From Candidatus Omnitrophota bacterium (lineage in GTDB: Bacteria; Omnitrophota; Gorgyraeia; Zapsychrales; JBDRMG01), in NCBI GenBank assembly GCA_043812495.1, contig JBDRMG010000026.1, forward strand, positions 1 to 49,284: a stretch of 49,284 bases of DNA. The letters are read 5' to 3'. Position 1 is the stretch's first letter, and each line of letters starts with the position of its first letter. The notes beneath the pieces were generated by a model. The model was not told the DNA's origin. It was given only the letters and a program-made list of their open reading frames with translations, and ran no database searches. Below are positions 1 through 10,343 of this stretch, piece by piece. The translations under genes were made by a program, and so were the position numbers.

Positions 1-37
1 ATGGAGCGATTGTGGAAACATTTTTAGATACTGTCAC
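1..37 (-). CDS. 5' end of an unidentified gene running off the window edge (MTVSKNVSTIAP...)
   Basis: AAGGAGG Shine-Dalgarno at 50-44, GTG 6 nt later at 37-35, frame open to the window edge; only 12 codons visible. Confidence 0.55.
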   Translation of the reverse strand, partial: MTVSKNVSTIAP

Positions 38-134
38 TTGTAACCTCCTTGTTTAGATGGTGAGTTTTTCTTTTAATCTATCACCTGTCTAACAAAAAGA
101 GGTCACAAAACTTGACTTTATATCATATAATCTC

Positions 135-185
135 ACCATCCCGAGCGAAAAGTGAGGGAGAACCATCCTGAGCTAGGTCGAAGGA
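135..185. repeat. two tandem REP-like palindromic units
   Basis: ACCATCCCGAGC-gaaaagt-GAGGGA (135-159) and ACCATCCTGAGC-taggtc-GAAGGA (162-185); compensatory TCCC/GGGA vs TCCT/AGGA. Confidence 0.7.
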
Positions 186-188
186 TTC

Positions 189-247
189 GGCCTGATGACT
201 TATGTCGTCCGCCACTGAATCAATGGCGGACTCCATAAGTCATGGCC
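189..247. repeat. long imperfect inverted repeat downstream of rplO
   Basis: ATGACTTATG (195-204)/CATAAGTCAT (234-243) enclosing GTCCGCCA (207-214)/TGGCGGAC (224-231); outer GGCC/GGCC; no U-tract. Confidence 0.8.
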
Positions 248-260
248 TCATTGAGCTGAT

Positions 261-707
261 CTATTTCTTTATGATTTCAACTTTTCCGCCGGCTTGCTTA
301 ATCTTTTCTTGCGCGCTTTTTGAGAAATAATGCGCGCAGACCGTGAGAGACTTTTTAATTTCGCCGTCTCCAAGAACCTTGATGGTTCGCCGGGCACTTT
401 TAATCAAGCCATGCGATTTTAGTATATTAGCGTCGATGATGGTGCCTTCTTTAAAACGAGACAGGCTCTCAATCTTGACAAGTTGATGAATCTTCGGATT
501 CTTGCTTCTGAAACCAAACTTCGCTAAGCGCCTAATCAAAGGAACCTGTCCGCCTTCGAGGCTATTGAGAATTCCGCGCCCAGACCGTGCTTTTTGTCCT
601 TTATGGCCGCGTCCAGACGTCTTACCGTGACCCGAACCGCTGCCTCGACCGACGATCTTTCTTCTTTTTCGCGCGCCTTGAGGTGACTTTAATTCATGAA
701 TATACAT
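261..707 (-). CDS. rplO: 50S ribosomal protein L15
   Basis: GRGSGSGHGKTSGRGHKGQKARSG, EGGQVPL motifs. Confidence 0.99.
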   Translation of the reverse strand: MYIHELKSPQGARKRRKIVGRGSGSGHGKTSGRGHKGQKARSGRGILNSLEGGQVPLIRRLAKFGFRSKNPKIHQLVKIESLSRFKEGTIIDANILKSHGLIKSARRTIKVLGDGEIKKSLTVCAHYFSKSAQEKIKQAGGKVEIIKK

Positions 708-708
708 T

Positions 709-1344
709 TTATTTCACTTCTTCTTGTTTCACTTGAGGGCTTTTGAGGCGACTAAACCCCTCCATGGTCGCTTTGACCACATTCAAAGGATTATTGGTTG
801 TATGACACTTGGTCAAAATATTGCGAATGCCGGCAGCGTCGCAGACAGCACGGACCGGGCCTGCCGCGATGACACCCGTCCCTTCACCCGCAGGTTTTAA
901 TAAAACCTTAGCCGCCCCGCATCGGCCAATGATTTCGTGCGTAATCGTTGAACCGCGCAAAGGAACATGAACCATGTTGTTCTTGGCGCCTATGAGAGCT
1001 TTGCGGATAGCGGATGCCACATCATTGGCTTTTCCAAGATGATAGCCGGTCTTTCCTTTTGAGTCACCGACAACCACCAAGGCACTAAAAGACATCTTCT
1101 TGCCTCCCTTGGTCACTTTAGCGACGCGGCTAATCTTGATAACCTTTTCGATAAATTCTGAACTGCTCTCCGGTGCTCTGGGTCGCATCTTTCTTTCTTT
1201 TGAGCGAAAAGGGGTTTTCTGTTGATATCCCGTTTGGCTCTTTTGACCGGATGTCTCTGGTGTCGGTTGATGACCTCCGTTTGGCTTTTTATCTTGAACC
1301 ATCTCTTTATTCTCGGTCTTCTCGTTTTGATCTTGCGTATCCAT
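709..1344 (-). CDS. rpsE: 30S ribosomal protein S5, ~60-aa N-terminal extension
   Basis: [31 protein letters not shown]. Confidence 0.98.
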   Translation of the reverse strand: MDTQDQNEKTENKEMVQDKKPNGGHQPTPETSGQKSQTGYQQKTPFRSKERKMRPRAPESSSEFIEKVIKISRVAKVTKGGKKMSFSALVVVGDSKGKTGYHLGKANDVASAIRKALIGAKNNMVHVPLRGSTITHEIIGRCGAAKVLLKPAGEGTGVIAAGPVRAVCDAAGIRNILTKCHTTNNPLNVVKATMEGFSRLKSPQVKQEEVK

Positions 1345-1706
1345 TAGAATTCGAGCCCACCTTTTCTTGCGGCATCGGCAAAGGCCTTGATGCGACCATG
1401 GTAGAGATAACCACCCCGGTCAAAGGTCACTTTGATCACTCCTTTGTCTTTGGCTTTTTTAGCCAACGTTTCTCCTAAAAGTGCCGCTGCCTGAATATTT
1501 CCTCTTTTCTTGATTTTCGTTCGCAACTCTTTGTCTAATGTCGAAAGGCCGAATAACACCTTTCCGGCGATATCATCAATGAGATGCGCCTGCATATTTT
1601 TGAGACTGCGATGAACGCATAATCGCGGTCGTTCACTTGAGCCGGTGATCTTCTTGCGGATTCTTTTGTGACGGTAAAACCTTTTAGTTTCTTGAATATT
1701 TTTCAT
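1344..1706 (-). CDS. rplR: 50S ribosomal protein L18
   Basis: [29 protein letters not shown]. Confidence 0.99.
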   Translation of the reverse strand: MKNIQETKRFYRHKRIRKKITGSSERPRLCVHRSLKNMQAHLIDDIAGKVLFGLSTLDKELRTKIKKRGNIQAAALLGETLAKKAKDKGVIKVTFDRGGYLYHGRIKAFADAARKGGLEF

Positions 1707-1714
1707 GACCAGAT

Positions 1715-2254
1715 TTATTTTGTAACCGATTTTCCTTGTTTGCGCCTAATGATTTCGCCAAGATAGCGGATCCCTTTTCCTTTATAAGGTTCTGCGGGTT
1801 TGAGTTGACGAAGTTTCGAGGCCACATTCCCCACCAAGGCCTTGTCAATTCCTTCGATTTCAATTTCTGTCGGTTTCTTCGTCTTAACGGATACACCCTC
1901 GGGAATCAGGAAGTCAACAGGGTGGCTCAATCCCAAATTTAAGATTAGTTTTTTTCCTTCCAGTTGAGCCCGAAATCCGACCCCCTGAATTTCAAGATTT
2001 TTTTTATGGCCTTCCGTAACGCCAATCATCATGTTCGCTAAAAGGACTCTGATGGTTCCAAAATTAGCTCTCGCTTGTTTTGAATCCGAAAGACGGTTCA
2101 CGACAAGCTTATTCTCCTTATTTTCTACCTTAACATCCATAGGAATGCAGATAGCCAATTTGCCTTTTGGGCCTTCGGCGCGAATTTGACGTTCTTCGAT
2201 CGCTACCTTAACGCCCTTTGGAATGATAACGGGTACTTTACCGACGCGCGACAT
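1715..2254 (-). CDS. rplF: 50S ribosomal protein L6
   Basis: MSRVGK, EPYKGKGIRY. Confidence 0.99.
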   Translation of the reverse strand: MSRVGKVPVIIPKGVKVAIEERQIRAEGPKGKLAICIPMDVKVENKENKLVVNRLSDSKQARANFGTIRVLLANMMIGVTEGHKKNLEIQGVGFRAQLEGKKLILNLGLSHPVDFLIPEGVSVKTKKPTEIEIEGIDKALVGNVASKLRQLKPAEPYKGKGIRYLGEIIRRKQGKSVTK

Positions 2255-2260
2255 AGGATT

Positions 2261-2659
2261 TTACCAAATATGACACAGGACCTCGCCGCCAATCTTATCT
2301 TTACGGGCATCTCGATCTGTCAAAAGACCTTTGGGTGTCGAAATCACAGCTGTGCCAAGCCCGTTGAGGACGCGGGGAATTCTGTCTTGTTTAACGTAAA
2401 CTCTTAATCCTGGTTTTGAAATACGCTTAAGACCTATGATGGCTGATTTTCTGTCTTTCGTATATTTCAGATAAATCTTGATGGTACCTTGAGCATTATC
2501 TTTCATGAGACGGTAGTTCTCGATATATCCGTCATTCTTGAAAATTTCAAGAATCTTCTGGGACAAGTTGGTGGCAGGGACATCTAAGGTTTCTTTCTTG
2601 GCCTGAAGAGCGTTACGGATATTCGTAAGCATATTGCTTATGGGATCATTTAAAGACAT
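2261..2659 (-). CDS. rpsH: 30S ribosomal protein S8
   Basis: DPISNMLTNIRNA, RISKPGLRVY, GGEVLC. Confidence 0.99.
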   Translation of the reverse strand: MSLNDPISNMLTNIRNALQAKKETLDVPATNLSQKILEIFKNDGYIENYRLMKDNAQGTIKIYLKYTKDRKSAIIGLKRISKPGLRVYVKQDRIPRVLNGLGTAVISTPKGLLTDRDARKDKIGGEVLCHIW

Positions 2660-2682
2660 AGGTTATCGTCCTTTTAAATAAG

Positions 2683-2868
2683 TTACCAGCTCGCTTTTCT
2701 AATACCGGGAATTTCTCCCTTCCAGGCAAGTTCTCGGAAGCAGATCCGGCAAAGACCAAAGCGGCGCAAATACCCTCTAGACCGACCGCATAAGCGACAG
2801 CGGTGATGGGCCCGTGAAGGATATTTTGGTTTTCTTAATGTTCGGTTTATACAGCTTTTTTTAGCCAT
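2683..2868 (-). CDS. rpsN: 30S ribosomal protein S14, short zinc-binding type Z
   Basis: 61 aa, CRLC...[18 protein letters not shown]. Confidence 0.98.
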   Translation of the reverse strand: MAKKSCINRTLRKPKYPSRAHHRCRLCGRSRGYLRRFGLCRICFRELAWKGEIPGIRKASW

Positions 2869-2882
2869 AATTGATTCTGTTC

Positions 2883-3428
2883 TCAGGATTTTGCGAAAGG
2901 CATCCCAAAAAGACTCAACAACTCCAGTGTCTGTTCTTTGGGGCCATGGTTAAAAACAAACGTAATATCCATCCCTTGGGCTTTCGAAATTCTGTCCAAT
3001 TCAACCTCTGGGAAAATGGTTTGCTCGTTAAGGCCTAAGGTATAATTTCCCTCCCGGTCAAAGGCCCTGCGCGAAACACCGTTAAAATCGCGGATTCTAG
3101 GTAAGGCGACATTGATCAAGCGATCCATAAATTCATACATCTTGGCCTGACGAAGCGTTACCTTACAGCCTACGGCCTGTCCGGCTTTCAATTTAAAATT
3201 TGAAATGGCCAGTTTGGCTCTTCGAATAATCGGTTTTTGACCTGTAATCATGGCGAGTTCTTCCGCGGCTTTTTCCAAAATTTTCGGATCATCGATGGCC
3301 TCGCCGACTCCCATATTGACAACGATTTTCTCTAGACGGATCACCGCCATGGCGTTGTCCATATGAAATTTCTCCTGCATAGCTGGAATAATTTCTTTTT
3401 TATATCTTTCTGACAATCGTGGGATCAT
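2883..3428 (-). CDS. rplE: 50S ribosomal protein L5
   Basis: [27 protein letters not shown]. Confidence 0.99.
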   Translation of the reverse strand: MIPRLSERYKKEIIPAMQEKFHMDNAMAVIRLEKIVVNMGVGEAIDDPKILEKAAEELAMITGQKPIIRRAKLAISNFKLKAGQAVGCKVTLRQAKMYEFMDRLINVALPRIRDFNGVSRRAFDREGNYTLGLNEQTIFPEVELDRISKAQGMDITFVFNHGPKEQTLELLSLFGMPFAKS

Positions 3429-3429
3429 T

Positions 3430-3741
3430 TCAAACCACGCCTCCGCATCGCGTGCATTCCCGGACTTTTGAGCGATCTTTCAATACCGCCACCTTAAAGC
3501 GAGATGCTTTGTTGCACTGCTTACAGGCAAGGGCAAGATTGGAAAGCTCAATAGAGGCCTCGACTTCGATAATACCGCCTTTATCATCTTGCTTTGTTTT
3601 TCGGCGGGCCTTCTTGACCATATTGATATTTTCCACAATAGCACGATTTTTTTCTCGGAAAATTCTTAATACCTTGCCTTGTTTTCCTCGGTCTTTTCCC
3701 GACAAAACAAAAACCATATCATTTCTTTTTATTCTCAACAT
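3430..3741 (-). CDS. rplX: 50S ribosomal protein L24 (with CxxC...CxxC)
   Basis: KOW motif VLSGKDRGKQGKV; ATG at 3741 just after the rplN stop preferred over TTG at 3750. Confidence 0.97.
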   Translation of the reverse strand: MLRIKRNDMVFVLSGKDRGKQGKVLRIFREKNRAIVENINMVKKARRKTKQDDKGGIIEVEASIELSNLALACKQCNKASRFKVAVLKDRSKVRECTRCGGVV

Positions 3742-3742
3742 C

Positions 3743-4111
3743 TTAGACAACCTCAGGAGCTAACGAAACGATTTTCATAAATTCCATATTGCGCAATTCC
3801 CTCGCCACAGGACCAAAGACGCGCGTTCCCCGGGGGTTACCCGCATCATCGATAATGACAATGGCATTCGTGTCAAATCGCACATACGTCCCGTCCGTCC
3901 GGCGGATAGGAAACTTGGTGCGCACAATCACGCCTTTGGCGATCTGACCCTTTTTGACGGCTGCGTCAGGAGCCGATTCTTTGATGTTGACTCTCACGAT
4001 ATCTCCGACTTGTCCAAAGTCTCTTCCTTTGCGGTTCAAGACCCCGATAAAAGAAGCTTTGCGTGCACCGGTATTATCTGCAACATCTAAAATCGATCTT
4101 AAATAAATCAT
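3743..4111 (-). CDS. rplN: 50S ribosomal protein L14
   Basis: VADNTGA, GTRVFGPVAREL, SLAPEV. Confidence 0.99.
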   Translation of the reverse strand: MIYLRSILDVADNTGARKASFIGVLNRKGRDFGQVGDIVRVNIKESAPDAAVKKGQIAKGVIVRTKFPIRRTDGTYVRFDTNAIVIIDDAGNPRGTRVFGPVARELRNMEFMKIVSLAPEVV

Positions 4112-4365
4112 GACGCCTTTTGAATCTCTCTGATAATCCAGCGTTTATCCTTGGACAACGGCCGTGTTTCTTCGATACGCACAGAATCACCGACTTTTGA
4201 TTCGTTTTTCTCATCATGGGCCTTAAATTTGGAGGCGTGCCGAATATTTTTTACATACATGGAATGCTTGGCTGTCCATCGAACCTGCACCACGCGGGTT
4301 TTGTTCATCTTATCGCTCACGACGGTCCCCGTAAACGTCTTACGCAGTGGTTTTTGTTGATTCAT
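4108..4365 (-). CDS. rpsQ: 30S ribosomal protein S17
   Basis: GTVVSDKMNKT, ETRPLSKDKRW. Confidence 0.99.
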   Translation of the reverse strand: MNQQKPLRKTFTGTVVSDKMNKTRVVQVRWTAKHSMYVKNIRHASKFKAHDEKNESKVGDSVRIEETRPLSKDKRWIIREIQKAS

Positions 4366-4552
4366 TCTTCGCTCTTTCTGTTAAAATCGTCTGGATACGC
4401 GCAATAACTCGCCGGATCACTCGAAATCGACCGGGTTTTTCCACCTGTCCAAATTTCTTCTGAAAATTCAGATCAAATAATTCTTTTTTAAGCGCTTTCT
4501 CTTTATCGCGTAATTCATCGATTCCTAAATCTCTCAGTTCTTTGATTTTCAT
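4340..4552 (-). CDS. rpmC: 50S ribosomal protein L29
   Basis: KELFDLNFQ, RRVIARIQT; between rplP and rpsQ. Confidence 0.97.
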   Translation of the reverse strand: MKIKELRDLGIDELRDKEKALKKELFDLNFQKKFGQVEKPGRFRVIRRVIARIQTILTERAKNESTKTTA

Positions 4553-4564
4553 GACTCTACCCTC

Positions 4565-4984
4565 TTAATGAGTCGAGGCTCTCGAAATAAATTTTGTTTT
4601 GACGGGTAATTTAAAAGCAACCAACCGAAAAACCTGACGGGCCAGCTCTTCGGGAACACCGCTTAATTCTAAGATAATCGTACCGCGCTTCACGACGGCC
4701 ACCCAATGGTCCAAATCACCCTTACCTTTGCCCATGCGCGTTTCTGCGGGTTTTTTAGTAACAGGTTTATGGGGAAAAACCTTGATCCAAAGTTTCCCGG
4801 CTCCTCTTAATTTCCGCACAATACCCACGCGCGCTGCTTCAAAATGATTATTGCGTATCAGGCCGTTCTCTATGGCCTTGAGGCCAAATTCACCAAAAGT
4901 TAAGGTCGAGCCGCGGCTGGCTTTACCCCGCGTTTTTCCTCTTTGTGCTTTTCGATATTTAACTCGTCTTGGTATAAATGCCAT
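4565..4984 (-). CDS. rplP: 50S ribosomal protein L16
   Basis: KKPAETRMGKGKG. Confidence 0.99.
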   Translation of the reverse strand: MAFIPRRVKYRKAQRGKTRGKASRGSTLTFGEFGLKAIENGLIRNNHFEAARVGIVRKLRGAGKLWIKVFPHKPVTKKPAETRMGKGKGDLDHWVAVVKRGTIILELSGVPEELARQVFRLVAFKLPVKTKFISRASTH

Positions 4985-4996
4985 TAATTGATTCCT

Positions 4997-5668
4997 TTAA
5001 GTAACTTCCTGCACTTCACCGGCTTCAACGGACTTATCATCCAAGATAGCATCACCCTTATAAATCCACACCTTGACACCCAAGACACCATACGTCGTAT
5101 GGGATTCGGCAAAACCATAATCGATATCCGCGCGAAAAGTCTGAAGAGGTATTTTTCCGGCCTTGGTTTTTTCACTGCGAGACATTTCAATCCCGCCCAA
5201 ACGACCCGAACAGGCAATTTTAATTCCTTGCGCCCCGGCTTGCATTGCCTGCTCAACCGTACGCTTCATGGCTCTTCGAAAAGCGATGCGTCGCTCGAGT
5301 TGAAAAGCAACACTTTGCGCAACCAGCTGAGCATCAATGGCCGGTTTTTTCACTTCCTGAATATCAATAGAAATTTCTTTTGTGGTGATCTTCGAAAGAT
5401 CTTCTCTTAATCGGTCAATATCCGCGCCCCGCCGACCAATGATCACGCCGGGTCTGGCCGAGCAAATTCTAATTTTGACTTGCGCTGCAAGACGCTCAAT
5501 GATGATCTTAGAGACGGCCGCTTGCGCGAATTTTTTCTTAATATAATTGCGAATTTTCACATCTTCAATGATATTGTTGGCGTAATCCTTTTTGTCCGCA
5601 AACCACACACTACCCCAATTTTTGATATACGGAATACGCAGAATAATCGGACTAACTTTTTGCCCCAT
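4997..5668 (-). CDS. rpsC: 30S ribosomal protein S3
   Basis: MGQKVSP, RPGVIIGRRG, PLQTFRADIDY. Confidence 0.99.
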   Translation of the reverse strand: MGQKVSPIILRIPYIKNWGSVWFADKKDYANNIIEDVKIRNYIKKKFAQAAVSKIIIERLAAQVKIRICSARPGVIIGRRGADIDRLREDLSKITTKEISIDIQEVKKPAIDAQLVAQSVAFQLERRIAFRRAMKRTVEQAMQAGAQGIKIACSGRLGGIEMSRSEKTKAGKIPLQTFRADIDYGFAESHTTYGVLGVKVWIYKGDAILDDKSVEAGEVQEVT

Positions 5669-5676
5669 AAATTACC

Positions 5677-6012
5677 TCATTTTGTTTTTGCGTCGAGCTC
5701 AATGGTTAAATGTGTCGTTCTTTTCAAAATCCGTGATGCGCGTCCAAAAGCAGCAGCCTTAAATCTTTTCCACATGGGGCCCTTATCCGCAACGATTTTT
5801 GAAATCACCAGCTGATTTTCCATAAGACCCTTTTTCTTAGCATTGCTGATTGCCGCGTTAAGAACTTTCTGAATCATCACGGTCGACTTCTTCTGCGTAT
5901 GCGCCAGAATCATAAGAGAGCTTTCAACGTCCCGCCCTCGAATGAGATCAATCACTTGCCTGACCTTGACGGGCGAAACATGAACAAATTTTACTTTGGC
6001 TTTTGCTATCAT
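5677..6012 (-). CDS. rplV: 50S ribosomal protein L22
   Basis: SPVKVRQVIDLIRG, GRASRILKRTTH. Confidence 0.98.
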   Translation of the reverse strand: MIAKAKVKFVHVSPVKVRQVIDLIRGRDVESSLMILAHTQKKSTVMIQKVLNAAISNAKKKGLMENQLVISKIVADKGPMWKRFKAAAFGRASRILKRTTHLTIELDAKTK

Positions 6013-6024
6013 CGTTATTCTCTT

Positions 6025-6312
6025 TTAAGTTTTTTGCGGAGCTTTCTTGGCCTTCACGCCACCGTGCTTGCGAAACGTTCGCGTTGACGCGAACTCACCG
6101 AATTTATATCCCACCATATTTTCTGTAATAAAAATCGGTATATGCTTACGTCCGTCATGCACGGCTACGGTATAGCCGACAAAATCCGGCGTGATCGTCG
6201 AAGACCTTGCCCATGTCTTAATGGGTTGCTTATTTCCCGACCTTTGCATCCGTTCCAGTTTCTTCAGAAGATGATCGGCCACATACGGACCTTTTTTTAG
6301 TGAGCGTGCCAT
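6025..6312 (-). CDS. rpsS: 30S ribosomal protein S19
   Basis: [18 protein letters not shown]. Confidence 0.99.
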   Translation of the reverse strand: MARSLKKGPYVADHLLKKLERMQRSGNKQPIKTWARSSTITPDFVGYTVAVHDGRKHIPIFITENMVGYKFGEFASTRTFRKHGGVKAKKAPQKT

Positions 6313-6315
6313 ACT

Positions 6316-7149
6316 TTATTTCCTTCGTTTAACGATAAATGAATTTGAATACTTTCTTAACTTTCTTGTTTTATAGCCTTTGGTCGGCTTGCCCCACGGC
6401 GTCACAGGGTGCGGATTACCCTGGGGAGCCTTTCCTTCACCGCCACCATGAGGGTGATCATGAGGATTCATGGCCACGCCTCGTGATTGCGGTCGCCGAC
6501 CCAGCCAGCGCGATCGACCGGCCTTGCCGATGGATACGGATTCTCGTTCCACATTTCCCAATTGTCCAATGGTCGCACGACAACGAACGGAAATCATTCT
6601 TATTTCATTGGATGGTAAGCGCACATGCGCATAGTCCCCTTCTTTAGCCATGACCTGGGCGGATGTTCCGGCTGAACGAACAATTTTTCCGCCGCGACCG
6701 GGTTTTAATTCGATATTATGAATCAATGTCCCTAAAGGAACACGGCTAATGGGCATGCAATTGCCAGCGCGAATTTCCACATCCGCGCTATCTGAGCTGA
6801 TAATTTTATCCCCAACCCGCAATTCAAGAGGAGCCAGAATATACGCCTTGAATTGATCTTCATATTGAATGAGGGCAATGCGCGCAGAACGGTTCGGGTC
6901 ATATTCGATCGCCAGGACCTGTGCCGGCATATCAATGCGATCGCGCTTGAAATCAATGAGGCGATAATTGCGTTTGTGGCCGCCTCCGCGATGACGCGAA
7001 GTGATGCGGCCGAAGTTATTGCGACCGCCGGATTTCTTTAACGGCATCAATAAAGACTTTTCGGGCTTCTTCTTTGTTATTTCGCTAAAATCCGGAAGCG
7101 CCGCATGGCGAAGCCCATTGGTTGTCGGTTTAAACGTGCGGATACCCAT
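6316..7149 (-). CDS. rplB: 50S ribosomal protein L2
   Basis: [22 protein letters not shown]. Confidence 0.99.
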   Translation of the reverse strand: MGIRTFKPTTNGLRHAALPDFSEITKKKPEKSLLMPLKKSGGRNNFGRITSRHRGGGHKRNYRLIDFKRDRIDMPAQVLAIEYDPNRSARIALIQYEDQFKAYILAPLELRVGDKIISSDSADVEIRAGNCMPISRVPLGTLIHNIELKPGRGGKIVRSAGTSAQVMAKEGDYAHVRLPSNEIRMISVRCRATIGQLGNVERESVSIGKAGRSRWLGRRPQSRGVAMNPHDHPHGGGEGKAPQGNPHPVTPWGKPTKGYKTRKLRKYSNSFIVKRRK

Positions 7150-7427
7150 TACGTAACCTCAATTTTCTGACCTTCTTTTAATGTCACAATAGCCTTTTTC
7201 CAATCGGGGGTCATTCCCAATTCCTGTCGCACTCTTTTCTTTTTACCCGGAACAAGGATGGTATTGACATCCTGCACCTTAACATTATAAATTTCTTCTA
7301 CGGCGACTTTGATTGCAATCTTAGAGGCCTTGCGGTCCACATGAAATAAGTATTTGCGATCAGGCTCTAAGGACGTGCCTTTTTCTGTGCGAATGAGTGT
7401 TTTGATGATATCATAGCAAGTGATCAT
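7149..7427 (-). CDS. rplW: 50S ribosomal protein L23
   Basis: [21 protein letters not shown]. Confidence 0.98.
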   Translation of the reverse strand: MITCYDIIKTLIRTEKGTSLEPDRKYLFHVDRKASKIAIKVAVEEIYNVKVQDVNTILVPGKKKRVRQELGMTPDWKKAIVTLKEGQKIEVT

Positions 7428-8047
7428 TTTATTCTCTTGAGCAATGTCTTGAAAGCTGGTTTTGTGATCAGAATTTTCTTATTACGCAAAATATCGTAGG
7501 CATTAGCCTCTTGAGCCTGCAGAAGGCTGAGTAAACGAATATTTTTCGCTACTCTCAAGAGATCCTTATCGTATTCGTCCGAAAGAGCTAGAATACGCCC
7601 CTCCATCTTTAACTTCTTTAATATCTTGGCAAAATCTTTAGTCTTGGTCGACTTGAGGGTTATTCGGTCAACGCAAAATACATCATTGGTTGATAATTTT
7701 GCCTTGAGACTTTCGCGCAAAGCCACACTCTTTATTTTCTTGGGTACTTCATAACCAAAATCCCGCGGACTCGGACCAAAAACAGTCCCGCCGCCGCGCC
7801 ATAACGGAGAACGAATCGATCCGGCGCGTGCACGACCCGTGCCTTTTTGCCGATAAGGTTTCTTCCCACCGCCGGAAACCTGTCCGCGCTCCTTTGTTGA
7901 AGCTGTACCCTGGCGCTTGTTGGCCTGATACATCAAAATCGCCTGATGCAGAATGCTTCGGTTGACGGGACCCTCCAGAATTTTTTCCGGAAGATCAAAA
8001 TCCTCAATTTTCTTTCCATCCATATTATGTATGGGAAAAGACGACAT
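7424..8047 (-). CDS. rplD: 50S ribosomal protein L4
   Basis: KPYRQKGTGRARAGSIRSPLWRGGG. Confidence 0.99.
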   Translation of the reverse strand: MSSFPIHNMDGKKIEDFDLPEKILEGPVNRSILHQAILMYQANKRQGTASTKERGQVSGGGKKPYRQKGTGRARAGSIRSPLWRGGGTVFGPSPRDFGYEVPKKIKSVALRESLKAKLSTNDVFCVDRITLKSTKTKDFAKILKKLKMEGRILALSDEYDKDLLRVAKNIRLLSLLQAQEANAYDILRNKKILITKPAFKTLLKRIK

Positions 8048-8048
8048 T

Positions 8049-8759
8049 TTATTTTCCTTTTCCTCTGGCCTTTGTCTTGCTTTGCTTCAAAGGATTGCGC
8101 GTTTTTTGAGTGACGGCGACTTTCTCTTCAAGAGAACGATAAGCCTTCTTTTGAGACCGGTTGACGTTGATATAGCCATTCTTATGTCCGGGAACAGCTC
8201 CTTTGATCAATATGAGATTACTGTCTATGTCCACGGCCATCACGCGAAGACCTTGCACGGTGACTCTCTGTGCGCCCATATGGCCTGGCATATGCGTTCC
8301 TTTATAAACACGCGAAGGATCCGCACTTGCGCCGATGGAGCCAACTCGACGATGGTGCATCGAACCATGCCCACCCGGACCTCCGCTCCAATTCCAACGC
8401 CTCATGCCGCCCTGAAAACCTTTTCCGATGGAAACACCGCAAACATCGACATAATCACCGGCTTTAAAGAAATCGGCTCTGATTTCTTGGCCCACTTTAT
8501 AGTCCTTGTTGTCAGATGAAGGAAATTCTCTGATCAGTTTGCAAGGAGAGACTCCAATCTTCTTGAAGAATCCCCTTTGGGGCTTTTTAAGTCTTAATTC
8601 CTTCGCGGGTTCAAAGCCGAGCTTGACCTTTAAGGGAGAGTTTTTGAGCTCAAGGACAAAGCACGGCCCGACCTCAACAACAGTGACGGGAACAATAAAC
8701 CCGTCCTTGTTGAAGATTTGCGTCATGCCAATTTTTTTCCCGAGTAAACCCCTGATCAT
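8049..8759 (-). CDS. rplC: 50S ribosomal protein L3 with basic C-terminal tail
   Basis: [28 protein letters not shown]. Confidence 0.99.
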   Translation of the reverse strand: MIRGLLGKKIGMTQIFNKDGFIVPVTVVEVGPCFVLELKNSPLKVKLGFEPAKELRLKKPQRGFFKKIGVSPCKLIREFPSSDNKDYKVGQEIRADFFKAGDYVDVCGVSIGKGFQGGMRRWNWSGGPGGHGSMHHRRVGSIGASADPSRVYKGTHMPGHMGAQRVTVQGLRVMAVDIDSNLILIKGAVPGHKNGYINVNRSQKKAYRSLEEKVAVTQKTRNPLKQSKTKARGKGK

Positions 8760-8767
8760 TGTTTTTC

Positions 8768-9070
8768 CTATTGCTTAATTTCCACGTCAACGCCCGCCGG
8801 CAGATTAAGCTTGCGAAGGGCCTCAACCGTCTTGGCGGTTGGGTCCACAAGATCAATCAAACGCTTGTGGGTGGCGAGGCTAAACTGCTCACGTGACTTT
8901 TTATCGATCGCAGGTGACCGCAAAACCGTATACAACTCTTTCTTCGTCGGAAGAGGAACGGGTCCGCAGACTTTTGCTCCCGTCCGTTTGGCGGTGTCCA
9001 CAATTTCTTGTGTCGATTGATCAATCAGCCGATGATCGTAGGCCTTTAATTTGATGCGTATTTTCTGCAT
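8768..9070 (-). CDS. rpsJ: 30S ribosomal protein S10
   Basis: [28 protein letters not shown]. Confidence 0.99.
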   Translation of the reverse strand: MQKIRIKLKAYDHRLIDQSTQEIVDTAKRTGAKVCGPVPLPTKKELYTVLRSPAIDKKSREQFSLATHKRLIDLVDPTAKTVEALRKLNLPAGVDVEIKQ

Positions 9071-9099
9071 ATTTTCTCTTTGTGAATTTGTTTAACAGT

Positions 9100-10293
9100 T
9101 TACTTAACAACCTCAGAGATAACGCCCGCTCCGACCGTACGTCCACCTTCGCGGATAGCAAATCGCAACTCTTTTTCCATCGCAACGGGGACAATGAGTT
9201 CGGCTTCGAGAGCTACGTTATCGCCGGGCATACACATTTCAACGCCTTCCGGAAGAAAAGCTGTTCCGGTCACGTCTGTTGTTCTGAAATAAAACTGAGG
9301 TCTATATCCTTTGAAAAACGGTGTATGACGACCACCTTCTTCTTTTGTGAGAATATAGACTTGCGACTTAAACCGTGTATGCGGCGTAATCGAGCCGGGT
9401 TTAGCCAAAACCATACCGCGCTCGATGGCTTCTTTATCAACACCACGCAACAAAAGTCCAACATTGTCACCGGCTTGACCCTGATCTAATTCTTTTCTGA
9501 ACATTTCCACGCCCGTGACAACGGTTTTGCTGACTTGGGGTCGAAGTCCGACGACATCCACTTCCTCGCCGACTTTGACCACGCCGCGCTCAATTCTTCC
9601 TGTGGCCACGGTTCCTCGGCCGGAAATCGAGAAAATATCCTCAACCGCCATAGAAAATGGTTTGTCCAATTCTCTCACAGGTTCCGGGATAAAATCATCA
9701 ACAGCTTTCATGAGGTCGAGAATAGACTGCGTTTTCGCTGCATCATCGGGATTATTGAGGGCCTCCAGGGCGCTTCCTTTGATGATCGGTGTTTTGTCTC
9801 CCGGGAATTTATACTTTGTCAGTAAATCACGGATTTCAAGCTCAACTAATTCCAGAAGCTCTTTGTCTTCGACTTGGTCGCACTTGTTGAGATAAACAAC
9901 AATTTGAGGAACATTCACTTGGCGTGCCAAGAGAATATGCTCGCGTGTTTGAGGCATCGGGCCGTCAGCAGCCGAAACAACGAGTATGGCTCCGTCCATT
10001 TGCGCGGCACCCGTAATCATGTTCTTGATATAATCAGCGTGCCCAGGGCAATCGATGTGCGCATAGTGTCTTTTTTCGGTTTCGTACTCAAGGTGCGCAA
10101 TATTAATGGTAACTCCGCGTTCTTTCTCTTCGGGAGCATTATCGATGGAATCGAAGGTGCGCACTTGAGCAAGACCCTGCTTAGCTAAAATTGTGGTGAT
10201 AGCCGCACTTAAAGTAGTTTTCCCGTGGTCCACATGACCGATGGTTCCGATATTCAAGTGTGGTTTGTTGCGTACAAATTTTTCCTTTGCCAT
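9100..10293 (-). CDS. tuf: elongation factor Tu
   Basis: [32 protein letters not shown]. Confidence 0.99.
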   Translation of the reverse strand: MAKEKFVRNKPHLNIGTIGHVDHGKTTLSAAITTILAKQGLAQVRTFDSIDNAPEEKERGVTINIAHLEYETEKRHYAHIDCPGHADYIKNMITGAAQMDGAILVVSAADGPMPQTREHILLARQVNVPQIVVYLNKCDQVEDKELLELVELEIRDLLTKYKFPGDKTPIIKGSALEALNNPDDAAKTQSILDLMKAVDDFIPEPVRELDKPFSMAVEDIFSISGRGTVATGRIERGVVKVGEEVDVVGLRPQVSKTVVTGVEMFRKELDQGQAGDNVGLLLRGVDKEAIERGMVLAKPGSITPHTRFKSQVYILTKEEGGRHTPFFKGYRPQFYFRTTDVTGTAFLPEGVEMCMPGDNVALEAELIVPVAMEKELRFAIREGGRTVGAGVISEVVK

Positions 10294-10343
10294 ATATCTA
10301 CCCTCCCTTTAAGCTCGTTGACCTTTTTGTTTCATCTATCTAA

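Noticed and set aside
112..131. TTGACT...TATAAT on the plus strand
   Set aside because: Spacer is only 8 nt.
135..247. CRISPR array or attC sites in the repeat clusters (also 42224-42377)
   Set aside because: Only two units each, no regular unique spacers, no cas or integrase gene in the window.
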